A stretch of DNA of 63,525 nucleotides, counting the filler, from Bilabrum cf. latius (lineage: Eukaryota): assembly GCA_965178125.1 (NCBI GenBank). It is 3 parts of 3 records of this genome, joined end to end, with 100 filler letters (N's around TTAATTAATTAA, not from the genome) between each part and the next. Parts side by side here need not be neighbours in the genome. Positions count along the whole stretch, not along the records: positions 1 to 25,302 come from CBCXTV010000039.1; 2 more parts are not named here. One strand, 5' to 3'. Position 1 is the stretch's first letter; each line of letters begins with the position of its first letter. The notes under the pieces are model-generated. The model saw only the letters and a list, made by a program, of their open reading frames with translations, was not told where the DNA came from and searched no databases. The position numbers and the translations under genes were made by a program. Below are positions 1 to 13,295 of this stretch, in pieces.

Positions 1-605
1 ACCCTAACCCTAACCCTAACCCTAACCCTAACCCTAACCCTAACCCTAACCCTAACCCTAACCCTAACCCTAACCCTAACCCTAACCCTAACCCTAACCC
101 TAACCCTAACCCTAACCCTAACCCTAACCCTAACCCTAACCCTAACCCTAACCCTAACCCTAACCCTAACCCTAACCCTAACCCTAACCCTAACCCTAAC
201 CCTAACCCTAACCCTAACCCTAACCCTAACCCTAACCCTAACCCTAACCCTAACCCTAACCCTAACCCTAACCCTAACCCTAACCCTAACCCTAACCCTA
301 ACCCTAACCCTAACCCTAACCCTAACCCTAACCCTAACCCTAACCCTAACCCTAACCCTAACCCTAACCCTAACCCTAACCCTAACCCTAACCCTAACCC
401 TAACCCTAACCCTAACCCTAACCCTAACCCTAACCCTAACCCTAACCCTAACCCTAACCCTAACCCTAACCCTAACCCTAACCCTAACCCTAACCCTAAC
501 CCTAACCCTAACCCTAACCCTAACCCTAACCCTAACCCTAACCCTAACCCTAACCCTAACCCTAACCCTAACCCTAACCCTAACCCTAACCCTAACCCTA
601 ACCCT
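1..605 (+). repeat. Terminal telomeric repeat (CCCTAA)n, i.e. TTAGGG on the minus strand
   Basis: About 100 CCCTAA units at the very start of the contig, in left-chromosome-end orientation. Confidence 0.97.
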
Positions 606-3426
606 GGCAGCTGTCGGTGCGGAACCCTCCTCCGATGACGAGTGAAAAGCAGCCAGGCGGATGGCAATTGAGGTCAGTGGCAGCTGGGCCAGCTTGTGAG
701 AGGAGCTTGCCAAAGTGCCAGCCAGTGACCCGTTAGGACGGAATAGTAGGAGCCAAGAGGCATTCTGTTTAGTCTTGGCTGTCAGCCGATGAATACCTTA
801 AGTCAAAGCAATCCATCAATCGAATACAACGGTCATGTACACAATACCCATTCTACAATTGACGAATCCACAATGCATTCTACAGAGACAAGCAATTCTT
901 CATCCGGCCATATCGGCGCCGCGCGACAAAAACGGATCCTAATAAAATTTTGCCCCATGTTGTGCCCCAGGACCGACCCAATGCAGTTTGAATCATCTTC
1001 ATATCTACTCTGGTTGCCGAGATCTCAATTCCGTATTTTGGTCCACGAAACTCTTCATCCGGCCATATCGGCGCCGCGCGACAAAAACGGATCCTAATAA
1101 AATTTTGCCCCATGTTGTGCCCCAGGACCGACCCAATGCAGTTTGAATCATCTTCATATCTACTCTGGTTGCCGAGATCTCAATTCCGTATTTTGGTCCA
1201 CGAAACTCTTCATCCGGCCATATCGGCGCCGCGCGACAAAAACGGATCCTAATAAAATTTTGCCCCATGTTGTGCCCCAGGACCGACCCAATGCAGTTTG
1301 AATCATCTTCATATCTACTCTGGTTGCCGAGATCTCAATTCCGTATTTTGGTCCACGAAACTCTTCATCCGGCCATATCGGCGCCGCGCGACAAAAACGG
1401 ATCCTAATAAAATTTTGCCCCATGTTGTGCCCCAGGACCGACCCAATGCAGTTTGAATCATCTTCATATCTACTCTGGTTGCCGAGATCTCAATTCCGTA
1501 TTTTGGTCCACGAAACTCTTCATCCGGCCATATCGGCGCCGCGCGACAAAAACGGATCCTAATAAAATTTTGCCCCATGTTGTGCCCCAGGACCGACCCA
1601 ATGCAGTTTGAATCATCTTCATATCTACTCTGGTTGCCGAGATCTCAATTCCGTATTTTGGTCCACGAAACTCTTCATCCGGCCATATCGGCGCCGCGCG
1701 ACAAAAACGGATCCTAATAAAATTTTGCCCCATGTTGTGCCCCAGGACCGACCCAATGCAGTTTGAATCATCTTCATATCTACTCTGGTTGCCGAGATCT
1801 CAATTCCGTATTTTGGTCCACGAAACTCTTCATCCGGCCATATCGGCGCCGCGCGACAAAAACGGATCCTAATAAAATTTTGCCCCATGTTGTGCCCCAG
1901 GACCGACCCAATGCAGTTTGAATCATCTTCATATCTACTCTGGTTGCCGAGATCTCAATTCCGTATTTTGGTCCACGAAACTCTTCATCCGGCCATATCG
2001 GCGCCGCGCGACAAAAACGGATCCTAATAAAATTTTGCCCCATGTTGTGCCCCAGGACCGACCCAATGCAGTTTGAATCATCTTCATATCTACTCTGGTT
2101 GCCGAGATCTCAATTCCGTATTTTGGTCCACGAAACTCTTCATCCGGCCATATCGGCGCCGCGCGACAAAAACGGATCCTAATAAAATTTTGCCCCATGT
2201 TGTGCCCCAGGACCGACCCAATGCAGTTTGAATCATCTTCATATCTACTCTGGTTGCCGAGATCTCAATTCCGTATTTTGGTCCACGAAACTCTTCATCC
2301 GGCCATATCGGCGCCGCGCGACAAAAACGGATCCTAATAAAATTTTGCCCCATGTTGTGCCCCAGGACCGACCCAATGCAGTTTGAATCATCTTCATATC
2401 TACTCTGGTTGCCGAGATCTCAATTCCGTATTTTGGTCCACGAAACTCTTCATCCGGCCATATCGGCGCCGCGCGACAAAAACGGATCCTAATAAAATTT
2501 TGCCCCATGTTGTGCCCCAGGACCGACCCAATGCAGTTTGAATCATCTTCATATCTACTCTGGTTGCCGAGATCTCAATTCCGTATTTTGGTCCACGAAA
2601 CTCTTCATCCGGCCATATCGGCGCCGCGCGACAAAAACGGATCCTAATAAAATTTTGCCCCATGTTGTGCCCCAGGACCGACCCAATGCAGTTTGAATCA
2701 TCTTCATATCTACTCTGGTTGCCGAGATCTCAATTCCGTATTTTGGTCCACGAAACTCTTCATCCGGCCATATCGGCGCCGCGCGACAAAAACGGATCCT
2801 AATAAAATTTTGCCCCATGTTGTGCCCCAGGACCGACCCAATGCAGTTTGAATCATCTTCATATCTACTCTGGTTGCCGAGATCTCAATTCCGTATTTTG
2901 GTCCACGAAACTCTTCATCCGGCCATATCGGCGCCGCGCGACAAAAACGGATCCTAATAAAATTTTGCCCCATGTTGTGCCCCAGGACCGACCCAATGCA
3001 GTTTGAATCATCTTCATATCTACTCTGGTTGCCGAGATCTCAATTCCGTATTTTGGTCCACGAAACTCTTCATCCGGCCATATCGGCGCCGCGCGACAAA
3101 AACGGATCCTAATAAAATTTTGCCCCATGTTGTGCCCCAGGACCGACCCAATGCAGTTTGAATCATCTTCATATCTACTCTGGTTGCCGAGATCTCAATT
3201 CCGTATTTTGGTCCACGAAACTCTTCATCCGGCCATATCGGCGCCGCGCGACAAAAACGGATCCTAATAAAATTTTGCCCCATGTTGTGCCCCAGGACCG
3301 ACCCAATGCAGTTTGAATCATCTTCATATCTACTCTGGTTGCCGAGATCTCAATTCCGTATTTTGATGCAAAAAATGAAGATGAAAATATTTTTTCCTCG
3401 ACCCTGTCCCTGACTTTATATTAGAT
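606..3426 (+). mobile_element. Telomere-attached element, copy A (telomere-side truncated, about 2.8 kb)
   Basis: Matches the 3' part of copies B and D: ORF tail, unique spacer, 16 x 155 bp, and the fixed end GACCCTGTCCCTGACTTTATATTAGAT followed by CCCTAA. Confidence 0.8.
897..3365. repeat. 155-bp tandem array, 16 units (last slightly short)
   Basis: The CCCCATG landmark recurs every 155 bp from 958 to 3283; units look identical. Confidence 0.97.
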
Positions 3427-3644
3427 ACCCTAACCCTAACCCTAACCCTAACCCTAACCCTAACCCTAACCCTAACCCTAACCCTAACCCTAACCCTAAC
3501 CCTAACCCTAACCCTAACCCTAACCCTAACCCTAACCCTAACCCTAACCCTAACCCTAACCCTAACCCTAACCCTAACCCTAACCCTAACCCTAACCCTA
3601 ACCCTAACCCTAACCCTAACCCTAACCCTAACCCTAACCCTAAC
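3427..3644 (+). repeat. Interstitial telomeric tract (about 36 units)
   Basis: (CCCTAA)n between copies A and B. Confidence 0.95.
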
Positions 3645-3647
3645 TTA

Positions 3648-6600
3648 GTGGAGGAGCTGGCCGCGCCATTGACCAGGAGAAGAGGGGAGCAAGTGGCGCA
3701 AGGAGTGGAGCAGCAGCATCACTGCCTCGACAGGACTCTGAGGAAGATGAAGAGGAGATCGGTGGTCGGTACCACGCAGACGCAGCCGGAGAGGAGGACG
3801 AGGATGAAGCTCCGATAGGGCTCGTGCAGCAGGACGAGGAGGATGGGGACGAGCTGGATGAGGAAGAAGAGAACGAGGCCCAGAACCAGCAAGACGACTC
3901 TGAGAACGACGGTGGAGTGGAGGACAACGGCTTCACCGACTAGCAGCGGCACCTGGTGGACCGCATTCTCACTGCCTGCGATGACACCGCGCTGGGCGTC
4001 AGCCGGACTGTCGACGACATGGTCGAGGACGTGCAGGAAACAATTGCAGAGAGGGACCACGGATTGGGCATGCTCGCAGACCTGATGACGGCCCTCGAGA
4101 AGACGGCGGAAGGAGATCTCAATGCGGCAGACGTGGACGCTGTGGAGGCGCTCCTGGCAGCTGTCGGTGCGGAACCCTCCTCCGATGACGAGTGAAAAGC
4201 AGCCAGGCGGATGGCAATTGAGGTCAGTGGCAGCTGGGCCAGCTTGTGAGAGGAGCTTGCCAAAGTGCCAGCCAGTGACCCGTTAGGACGGAATAGTAGG
4301 AGCCAAGAGGCATTCTGTTTAGTCTTGGCTGTCAGCCGATGAATACCTTAAGTCAAAGCAATCCATCAATCGAATACAACGGTCATGTACACAATACCCA
4401 TTCTACAATTGACGAATCCACAATGCATTCTACAGAGACAAGCAATTCTTCATCCGGCCATATCGGCGCCGCGCGACAAAAACGGATCCTAATAAAATTT
4501 TGCCCCATGTTGTGCCCCAGGACCGACCCAATGCAGTTTGAATCATCTTCATATCTACTCTGGTTGCCGAGATCTCAATTCCGTATTTTGGTCCACGAAA
4601 CTCTTCATCCGGCCATATCGGCGCCGCGCGACAAAAACGGATCCTAATAAAATTTTGCCCCATGTTGTGCCCCAGGACCGACCCAATGCAGTTTGAATCA
4701 TCTTCATATCTACTCTGGTTGCCGAGATCTCAATTCCGTATTTTGGTCCACGAAACTCTTCATCCGGCCATATCGGCGCCGCGCGACAAAAACGGATCCT
4801 AATAAAATTTTGCCCCATGTTGTGCCCCAGGACCGACCCAATGCAGTTTGAATCATCTTCATATCTACTCTGGTTGCCGAGATCTCAATTCCGTATTTTG
4901 GTCCACGAAACTCTTCATCCGGCCATATCGGCGCCGCGCGACAAAAACGGATCCTAATAAAATTTTGCCCCATGTTGTGCCCCAGGACCGACCCAATGCA
5001 GTTTGAATCATCTTCATATCTACTCTGGTTGCCGAGATCTCAATTCCGTATTTTGGTCCACGAAACTCTTCATCCGGCCATATCGGCGCCGCGCGACAAA
5101 AACGGATCCTAATAAAATTTTGCCCCATGTTGTGCCCCAGGACCGACCCAATGCAGTTTGAATCATCTTCATATCTACTCTGGTTGCCGAGATCTCAATT
5201 CCGTATTTTGGTCCACGAAACTCTTCATCCGGCCATATCGGCGCCGCGCGACAAAAACGGATCCTAATAAAATTTTGCCCCATGTTGTGCCCCAGGACCG
5301 ACCCAATGCAGTTTGAATCATCTTCATATCTACTCTGGTTGCCGAGATCTCAATTCCGTATTTTGGTCCACGAAACTCTTCATCCGGCCATATCGGCGCC
5401 GCGCGACAAAAACGGATCCTAATAAAATTTTGCCCCATGTTGTGCCCCAGGACCGACCCAATGCAGTTTGAATCATCTTCATATCTACTCTGGTTGCCGA
5501 GATCTCAATTCCGTATTTTGGTCCACGAAACTCTTCATCCGGCCATATCGGCGCCGCGCGACAAAAACGGATCCTAATAAAATTTTGCCCCATGTTGTGC
5601 CCCAGGACCGACCCAATGCAGTTTGAATCATCTTCATATCTACTCTGGTTGCCGAGATCTCAATTCCGTATTTTGGTCCACGAAACTCTTCATCCGGCCA
5701 TATCGGCGCCGCGCGACAAAAACGGATCCTAATAAAATTTTGCCCCATGTTGTGCCCCAGGACCGACCCAATGCAGTTTGAATCATCTTCATATCTACTC
5801 TGGTTGCCGAGATCTCAATTCCGTATTTTGGTCCACGAAACTCTTCATCCGGCCATATCGGCGCCGCGCGACAAAAACGGATCCTAATAAAATTTTGCCC
5901 CATGTTGTGCCCCAGGACCGACCCAATGCAGTTTGAATCATCTTCATATCTACTCTGGTTGCCGAGATCTCAATTCCGTATTTTGGTCCACGAAACTCTT
6001 CATCCGGCCATATCGGCGCCGCGCGACAAAAACGGATCCTAATAAAATTTTGCCCCATGTTGTGCCCCAGGACCGACCCAATGCAGTTTGAATCATCTTC
6101 ATATCTACTCTGGTTGCCGAGATCTCAATTCCGTATTTTGGTCCACGAAACTCTTCATCCGGCCATATCGGCGCCGCGCGACAAAAACGGATCCTAATAA
6201 AATTTTGCCCCATGTTGTGCCCCAGGACCGACCCAATGCAGTTTGAATCATCTTCATATCTACTCTGGTTGCCGAGATCTCAATTCCGTATTTTGGTCCA
6301 CGAAACTCTTCATCCGGCCATATCGGCGCCGCGCGACAAAAACGGATCCTAATAAAATTTTGCCCCATGTTGTGCCCCAGGACCGACCCAATGCAGTTTG
6401 AATCATCTTCATATCTACTCTGGTTGCCGAGATCTCAATTCCGTATTTTGGTCCACGAAACTCTTCATCCGGCCATATCGGCGCCGCGCGACAAAAACGG
6501 ATCCTAATAAAATTTTGCCCCATGTTGTGCCCCAGGACCGACCCAATGCAGTTTGAATCATCTTCATATCTACTCTGGTTGCCGAGATCTCAATTCCGTA

Positions 6601-6976
6601 TTTTGGTCCACGAAACTCTTCATCCGGCCATATCGGCGCCGCGCGACAAAAACGGATCCTAATAAAATTTTGCCCCATGTTGTGCCCCAGGACCGACCCA
6701 ATGCAGTTTGAATCATCTTCATATCTACTCTGGTTGCCGAGATCTCAATTCCGTATTTTGGTCCACGAAACTCTTCATCCGGCCATATCGGCGCCGCGCG
6801 ACAAAAACGGATCCTAATAAAATTTTGCCCCATGTTGTGCCCCAGGACCGACCCAATGCAGTTTGAATCATCTTCATATCTACTCTGGTTGCCGAGATCT
6901 CAATTCCGTATTTTGATGCAAAAAATGAAGATGAAAATATTTTTTCCTCGACCCTGTCCCTGACTTTATATTAGAT
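3648..6976 (+). mobile_element. Telomere-attached element, copy B (about 3.3 kb)
   Basis: Matches 9942-13270 (offset 6294); contains the ORF fragment 3650-4195 and has the same fixed end. Confidence 0.8.
4447..6915. repeat. 155-bp tandem array, 16 units
   Basis: Same unit and count as 897-3365. Confidence 0.97.
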
Positions 6977-7001
6977 ACCCTAACCCTAACCCTAACCCTA
7001 A
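6977..7001 (+). repeat. Short interstitial telomeric tract (4 units)
   Basis: ACCCTAACCCTAACCCTAACCCTAA between copies B and C. Confidence 0.9.
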
Positions 7002-9482
7002 AATTTTGCCCCATGTTGTGCCCCAGGACCGACCCAATGCAGTTTGAATCATCTTCATATCTACTCTGGTTGCCGAGATCTCAATTCCGTATTTTGGTCC
7101 ACGAAACTCTTCATCCGGCCATATCGGCGCCGCGCGACAAAAACGGATCCTAATAAAATTTTGCCCCATGTTGTGCCCCAGGACCGACCCAATGCAGTTT
7201 GAATCATCTTCATATCTACTCTGGTTGCCGAGATCTCAATTCCGTATTTTGGTCCACGAAACTCTTCATCCGGCCATATCGGCGCCGCGCGACAAAAACG
7301 GATCCTAATAAAATTTTGCCCCATGTTGTGCCCCAGGACCGACCCAATGCAGTTTGAATCATCTTCATATCTACTCTGGTTGCCGAGATCTCAATTCCGT
7401 ATTTTGGTCCACGAAACTCTTCATCCGGCCATATCGGCGCCGCGCGACAAAAACGGATCCTAATAAAATTTTGCCCCATGTTGTGCCCCAGGACCGACCC
7501 AATGCAGTTTGAATCATCTTCATATCTACTCTGGTTGCCGAGATCTCAATTCCGTATTTTGGTCCACGAAACTCTTCATCCGGCCATATCGGCGCCGCGC
7601 GACAAAAACGGATCCTAATAAAATTTTGCCCCATGTTGTGCCCCAGGACCGACCCAATGCAGTTTGAATCATCTTCATATCTACTCTGGTTGCCGAGATC
7701 TCAATTCCGTATTTTGGTCCACGAAACTCTTCATCCGGCCATATCGGCGCCGCGCGACAAAAACGGATCCTAATAAAATTTTGCCCCATGTTGTGCCCCA
7801 GGACCGACCCAATGCAGTTTGAATCATCTTCATATCTACTCTGGTTGCCGAGATCTCAATTCCGTATTTTGGTCCACGAAACTCTTCATCCGGCCATATC
7901 GGCGCCGCGCGACAAAAACGGATCCTAATAAAATTTTGCCCCATGTTGTGCCCCAGGACCGACCCAATGCAGTTTGAATCATCTTCATATCTACTCTGGT
8001 TGCCGAGATCTCAATTCCGTATTTTGGTCCACGAAACTCTTCATCCGGCCATATCGGCGCCGCGCGACAAAAACGGATCCTAATAAAATTTTGCCCCATG
8101 TTGTGCCCCAGGACCGACCCAATGCAGTTTGAATCATCTTCATATCTACTCTGGTTGCCGAGATCTCAATTCCGTATTTTGGTCCACGAAACTCTTCATC
8201 CGGCCATATCGGCGCCGCGCGACAAAAACGGATCCTAATAAAATTTTGCCCCATGTTGTGCCCCAGGACCGACCCAATGCAGTTTGAATCATCTTCATAT
8301 CTACTCTGGTTGCCGAGATCTCAATTCCGTATTTTGGTCCACGAAACTCTTCATCCGGCCATATCGGCGCCGCGCGACAAAAACGGATCCTAATAAAATT
8401 TTGCCCCATGTTGTGCCCCAGGACCGACCCAATGCAGTTTGAATCATCTTCATATCTACTCTGGTTGCCGAGATCTCAATTCCGTATTTTGGTCCACGAA
8501 ACTCTTCATCCGGCCATATCGGCGCCGCGCGACAAAAACGGATCCTAATAAAATTTTGCCCCATGTTGTGCCCCAGGACCGACCCAATGCAGTTTGAATC
8601 ATCTTCATATCTACTCTGGTTGCCGAGATCTCAATTCCGTATTTTGGTCCACGAAACTCTTCATCCGGCCATATCGGCGCCGCGCGACAAAAACGGATCC
8701 TAATAAAATTTTGCCCCATGTTGTGCCCCAGGACCGACCCAATGCAGTTTGAATCATCTTCATATCTACTCTGGTTGCCGAGATCTCAATTCCGTATTTT
8801 GGTCCACGAAACTCTTCATCCGGCCATATCGGCGCCGCGCGACAAAAACGGATCCTAATAAAATTTTGCCCCATGTTGTGCCCCAGGACCGACCCAATGC
8901 AGTTTGAATCATCTTCATATCTACTCTGGTTGCCGAGATCTCAATTCCGTATTTTGGTCCACGAAACTCTTCATCCGGCCATATCGGCGCCGCGCGACAA
9001 AAACGGATCCTAATAAAATTTTGCCCCATGTTGTGCCCCAGGACCGACCCAATGCAGTTTGAATCATCTTCATATCTACTCTGGTTGCCGAGATCTCAAT
9101 TCCGTATTTTGGTCCACGAAACTCTTCATCCGGCCATATCGGCGCCGCGCGACAAAAACGGATCCTAATAAAATTTTGCCCCATGTTGTGCCCCAGGACC
9201 GACCCAATGCAGTTTGAATCATCTTCATATCTACTCTGGTTGCCGAGATCTCAATTCCGTATTTTGGTCCACGAAACTCTTCATCCGGCCATATCGGCGC
9301 CGCGCGACAAAAACGGATCCTAATAAAATTTTGCCCCATGTTGTGCCCCAGGACCGACCCAATGCAGTTTGAATCATCTTCATATCTACTCTGGTTGCCG
9401 AGATCTCAATTCCGTATTTTGATGCAAAAAATGAAGATGAAAATATTTTTTCCTCGACCCTGTCCCTGACTTTATATTAGAT
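6999..9482 (+). mobile_element. Telomere-attached element, copy C (truncated inside the first 155-bp unit; array 6999-9421)
   Basis: Starts at TAAAATTTTGCCCC, contains 16 CCCCATG landmarks, and has the same fixed end. Confidence 0.8.
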
Positions 9483-9696
9483 ACCCTAACCCTAACCCTA
9501 ACCCTAACCCTAACCCTAACCCTAACCCTAACCCTAACCCTAACCCTAACCCTAACCCTAACCCTAACCCTAACCCTAACCCTAACCCTAACCCTAACCC
9601 TAACCCTAACCCTAACCCTAACCCTAACCCTAACCCTAACCCTAACCCTAACCCTAACCCTAACCCTAACCCTAACCTAACCCTAACCCTAACCCT
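9483..9696 (+). repeat. Interstitial telomeric tract (about 35 units, one CCTAA variant)
   Basis: (CCCTAA)n between copies C and D. Confidence 0.95.
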
Positions 9697-9697
9697 G

Positions 9698-10489
9698 ACC
9701 GATCGAGCATACGCCGATCTTCTCAGGGCCAAGCGGGCGGCGGAGGCTAAGAGAAAGGACAAGGCCAAGGCCAAGGCCAAGGCCTTGGCAAAGGCTGCGG
9801 GCAAGTCGAAGGGCAAGTCGAAGGGCAAGGCGATGGGCACGGCTGCCGAACCGGCAGAACCAGAGGGCAGGGAGTCGGATGAAACCGTACCTCGGTCTAA
9901 GAGGCAGCCCAAGCGATCGGCCGTCCTCGGACGAGGCTACGGTGGAGGAGCTGGCCGCGCCATTGACCAGGAGAAGAGGGGAGCAAGTGGCGCAAGGAGT
10001 GGAGCAGCAGCATCACTGCCTCGACAGGACTCTGAGGAAGATGAAGAGGAGATCGGTGGTCGGTACCACGCAGACGCAGCCGGAGAGGAGGACGAGGATG
10101 AAGCTCCGATAGGGCTCGTGCAGCAGGACGAGGAGGATGGGGACGAGCTGGATGAGGAAGAAGAGAACGAGGCCCAGAACCAGCAAGACGACTCTGAGAA
10201 CGACGGTGGAGTGGAGGACAACGGCTTCACCGACTAGCAGCGGCACCTGGTGGACCGCATTCTCACTGCCTGCGATGACACCGCGCTGGGCGTCAGCCGG
10301 ACTGTCGACGACATGGTCGAGGACGTGCAGGAAACAATTGCAGAGAGGGACCACGGATTGGGCATGCTCGCAGACCTGATGACGGCCCTCGAGAAGACGG
10401 CGGAAGGAGATCTCAATGCGGCAGACGTGGACGCTGTGGAGGCGCTCCTGGCAGCTGTCGGTGCGGAACCCTCCTCCGATGACGAGTGA
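9698..10489 (+). CDS. C-terminal fragment of the element's unknown protein (Lys/Ala-rich, then acidic, then helical), interrupted by one in-frame TAG at 10235-10237
   Basis: The frame is open from the telomere junction (TDRAYADLLRAK...). Track ORFs 9785-10237 and 10250-10489 are in the same frame, and the codons are GC3-rich. No family recognised. Confidence 0.55.
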
Positions 10490-10740
10490 AAAGCAGCCAG
10501 GCGGATGGCAATTGAGGTCAGTGGCAGCTGGGCCAGCTTGTGAGAGGAGCTTGCCAAAGTGCCAGCCAGTGACCCGTTAGGACGGAATAGTAGGAGCCAA
10601 GAGGCATTCTGTTTAGTCTTGGCTGTCAGCCGATGAATACCTTAAGTCAAAGCAATCCATCAATCGAATACAACGGTCATGTACACAATACCCATTCTAC
10701 AATTGACGAATCCACAATGCATTCTACAGAGACAAGCAAT

Positions 10741-13209
10741 TCTTCATCCGGCCATATCGGCGCCGCGCGACAAAAACGGATCCTAATAAAATTTTGCCCC
10801 ATGTTGTGCCCCAGGACCGACCCAATGCAGTTTGAATCATCTTCATATCTACTCTGGTTGCCGAGATCTCAATTCCGTATTTTGGTCCACGAAACTCTTC
10901 ATCCGGCCATATCGGCGCCGCGCGACAAAAACGGATCCTAATAAAATTTTGCCCCATGTTGTGCCCCAGGACCGACCCAATGCAGTTTGAATCATCTTCA
11001 TATCTACTCTGGTTGCCGAGATCTCAATTCCGTATTTTGGTCCACGAAACTCTTCATCCGGCCATATCGGCGCCGCGCGACAAAAACGGATCCTAATAAA
11101 ATTTTGCCCCATGTTGTGCCCCAGGACCGACCCAATGCAGTTTGAATCATCTTCATATCTACTCTGGTTGCCGAGATCTCAATTCCGTATTTTGGTCCAC
11201 GAAACTCTTCATCCGGCCATATCGGCGCCGCGCGACAAAAACGGATCCTAATAAAATTTTGCCCCATGTTGTGCCCCAGGACCGACCCAATGCAGTTTGA
11301 ATCATCTTCATATCTACTCTGGTTGCCGAGATCTCAATTCCGTATTTTGGTCCACGAAACTCTTCATCCGGCCATATCGGCGCCGCGCGACAAAAACGGA
11401 TCCTAATAAAATTTTGCCCCATGTTGTGCCCCAGGACCGACCCAATGCAGTTTGAATCATCTTCATATCTACTCTGGTTGCCGAGATCTCAATTCCGTAT
11501 TTTGGTCCACGAAACTCTTCATCCGGCCATATCGGCGCCGCGCGACAAAAACGGATCCTAATAAAATTTTGCCCCATGTTGTGCCCCAGGACCGACCCAA
11601 TGCAGTTTGAATCATCTTCATATCTACTCTGGTTGCCGAGATCTCAATTCCGTATTTTGGTCCACGAAACTCTTCATCCGGCCATATCGGCGCCGCGCGA
11701 CAAAAACGGATCCTAATAAAATTTTGCCCCATGTTGTGCCCCAGGACCGACCCAATGCAGTTTGAATCATCTTCATATCTACTCTGGTTGCCGAGATCTC
11801 AATTCCGTATTTTGGTCCACGAAACTCTTCATCCGGCCATATCGGCGCCGCGCGACAAAAACGGATCCTAATAAAATTTTGCCCCATGTTGTGCCCCAGG
11901 ACCGACCCAATGCAGTTTGAATCATCTTCATATCTACTCTGGTTGCCGAGATCTCAATTCCGTATTTTGGTCCACGAAACTCTTCATCCGGCCATATCGG
12001 CGCCGCGCGACAAAAACGGATCCTAATAAAATTTTGCCCCATGTTGTGCCCCAGGACCGACCCAATGCAGTTTGAATCATCTTCATATCTACTCTGGTTG
12101 CCGAGATCTCAATTCCGTATTTTGGTCCACGAAACTCTTCATCCGGCCATATCGGCGCCGCGCGACAAAAACGGATCCTAATAAAATTTTGCCCCATGTT
12201 GTGCCCCAGGACCGACCCAATGCAGTTTGAATCATCTTCATATCTACTCTGGTTGCCGAGATCTCAATTCCGTATTTTGGTCCACGAAACTCTTCATCCG
12301 GCCATATCGGCGCCGCGCGACAAAAACGGATCCTAATAAAATTTTGCCCCATGTTGTGCCCCAGGACCGACCCAATGCAGTTTGAATCATCTTCATATCT
12401 ACTCTGGTTGCCGAGATCTCAATTCCGTATTTTGGTCCACGAAACTCTTCATCCGGCCATATCGGCGCCGCGCGACAAAAACGGATCCTAATAAAATTTT
12501 GCCCCATGTTGTGCCCCAGGACCGACCCAATGCAGTTTGAATCATCTTCATATCTACTCTGGTTGCCGAGATCTCAATTCCGTATTTTGGTCCACGAAAC
12601 TCTTCATCCGGCCATATCGGCGCCGCGCGACAAAAACGGATCCTAATAAAATTTTGCCCCATGTTGTGCCCCAGGACCGACCCAATGCAGTTTGAATCAT
12701 CTTCATATCTACTCTGGTTGCCGAGATCTCAATTCCGTATTTTGGTCCACGAAACTCTTCATCCGGCCATATCGGCGCCGCGCGACAAAAACGGATCCTA
12801 ATAAAATTTTGCCCCATGTTGTGCCCCAGGACCGACCCAATGCAGTTTGAATCATCTTCATATCTACTCTGGTTGCCGAGATCTCAATTCCGTATTTTGG
12901 TCCACGAAACTCTTCATCCGGCCATATCGGCGCCGCGCGACAAAAACGGATCCTAATAAAATTTTGCCCCATGTTGTGCCCCAGGACCGACCCAATGCAG
13001 TTTGAATCATCTTCATATCTACTCTGGTTGCCGAGATCTCAATTCCGTATTTTGGTCCACGAAACTCTTCATCCGGCCATATCGGCGCCGCGCGACAAAA
13101 ACGGATCCTAATAAAATTTTGCCCCATGTTGTGCCCCAGGACCGACCCAATGCAGTTTGAATCATCTTCATATCTACTCTGGTTGCCGAGATCTCAATTC
13201 CGTATTTTG
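10741..13209. repeat. 155-bp tandem array, 16 units
   Basis: Same unit and count as the other arrays. Confidence 0.97.
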
Positions 13210-13270
13210 ATGCAAAAAATGAAGATGAAAATATTTTTTCCTCGACCCTGTCCCTGACTTTATATTAGAT

Positions 13271-13295
13271 ACCCTAACCCTAACCCTAACCCTAA
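13271..13295 (+). repeat. Short interstitial telomeric tract (4 units)
   Basis: Identical to 6977-7001 including both junctions. Confidence 0.9.

Larger units (their letters stand above)
9697..13270 (+). mobile_element. Telomere-attached element, copy D (longest, about 3.6 kb)
   Basis: ORF fragment, spacer, 16 x 155 bp (10741-13209) and the fixed end. Confidence 0.8.

Noticed and set aside
897-1051. Hammerhead ribozyme in the 155-bp unit (expected for Penelope-like repeats)
   Set aside because: No CTGANGA core on either strand; only a GAAAC is present.
9472-9912. ORF with a long (GL)n run
   Set aside because: It is a translation of the telomeric repeat.
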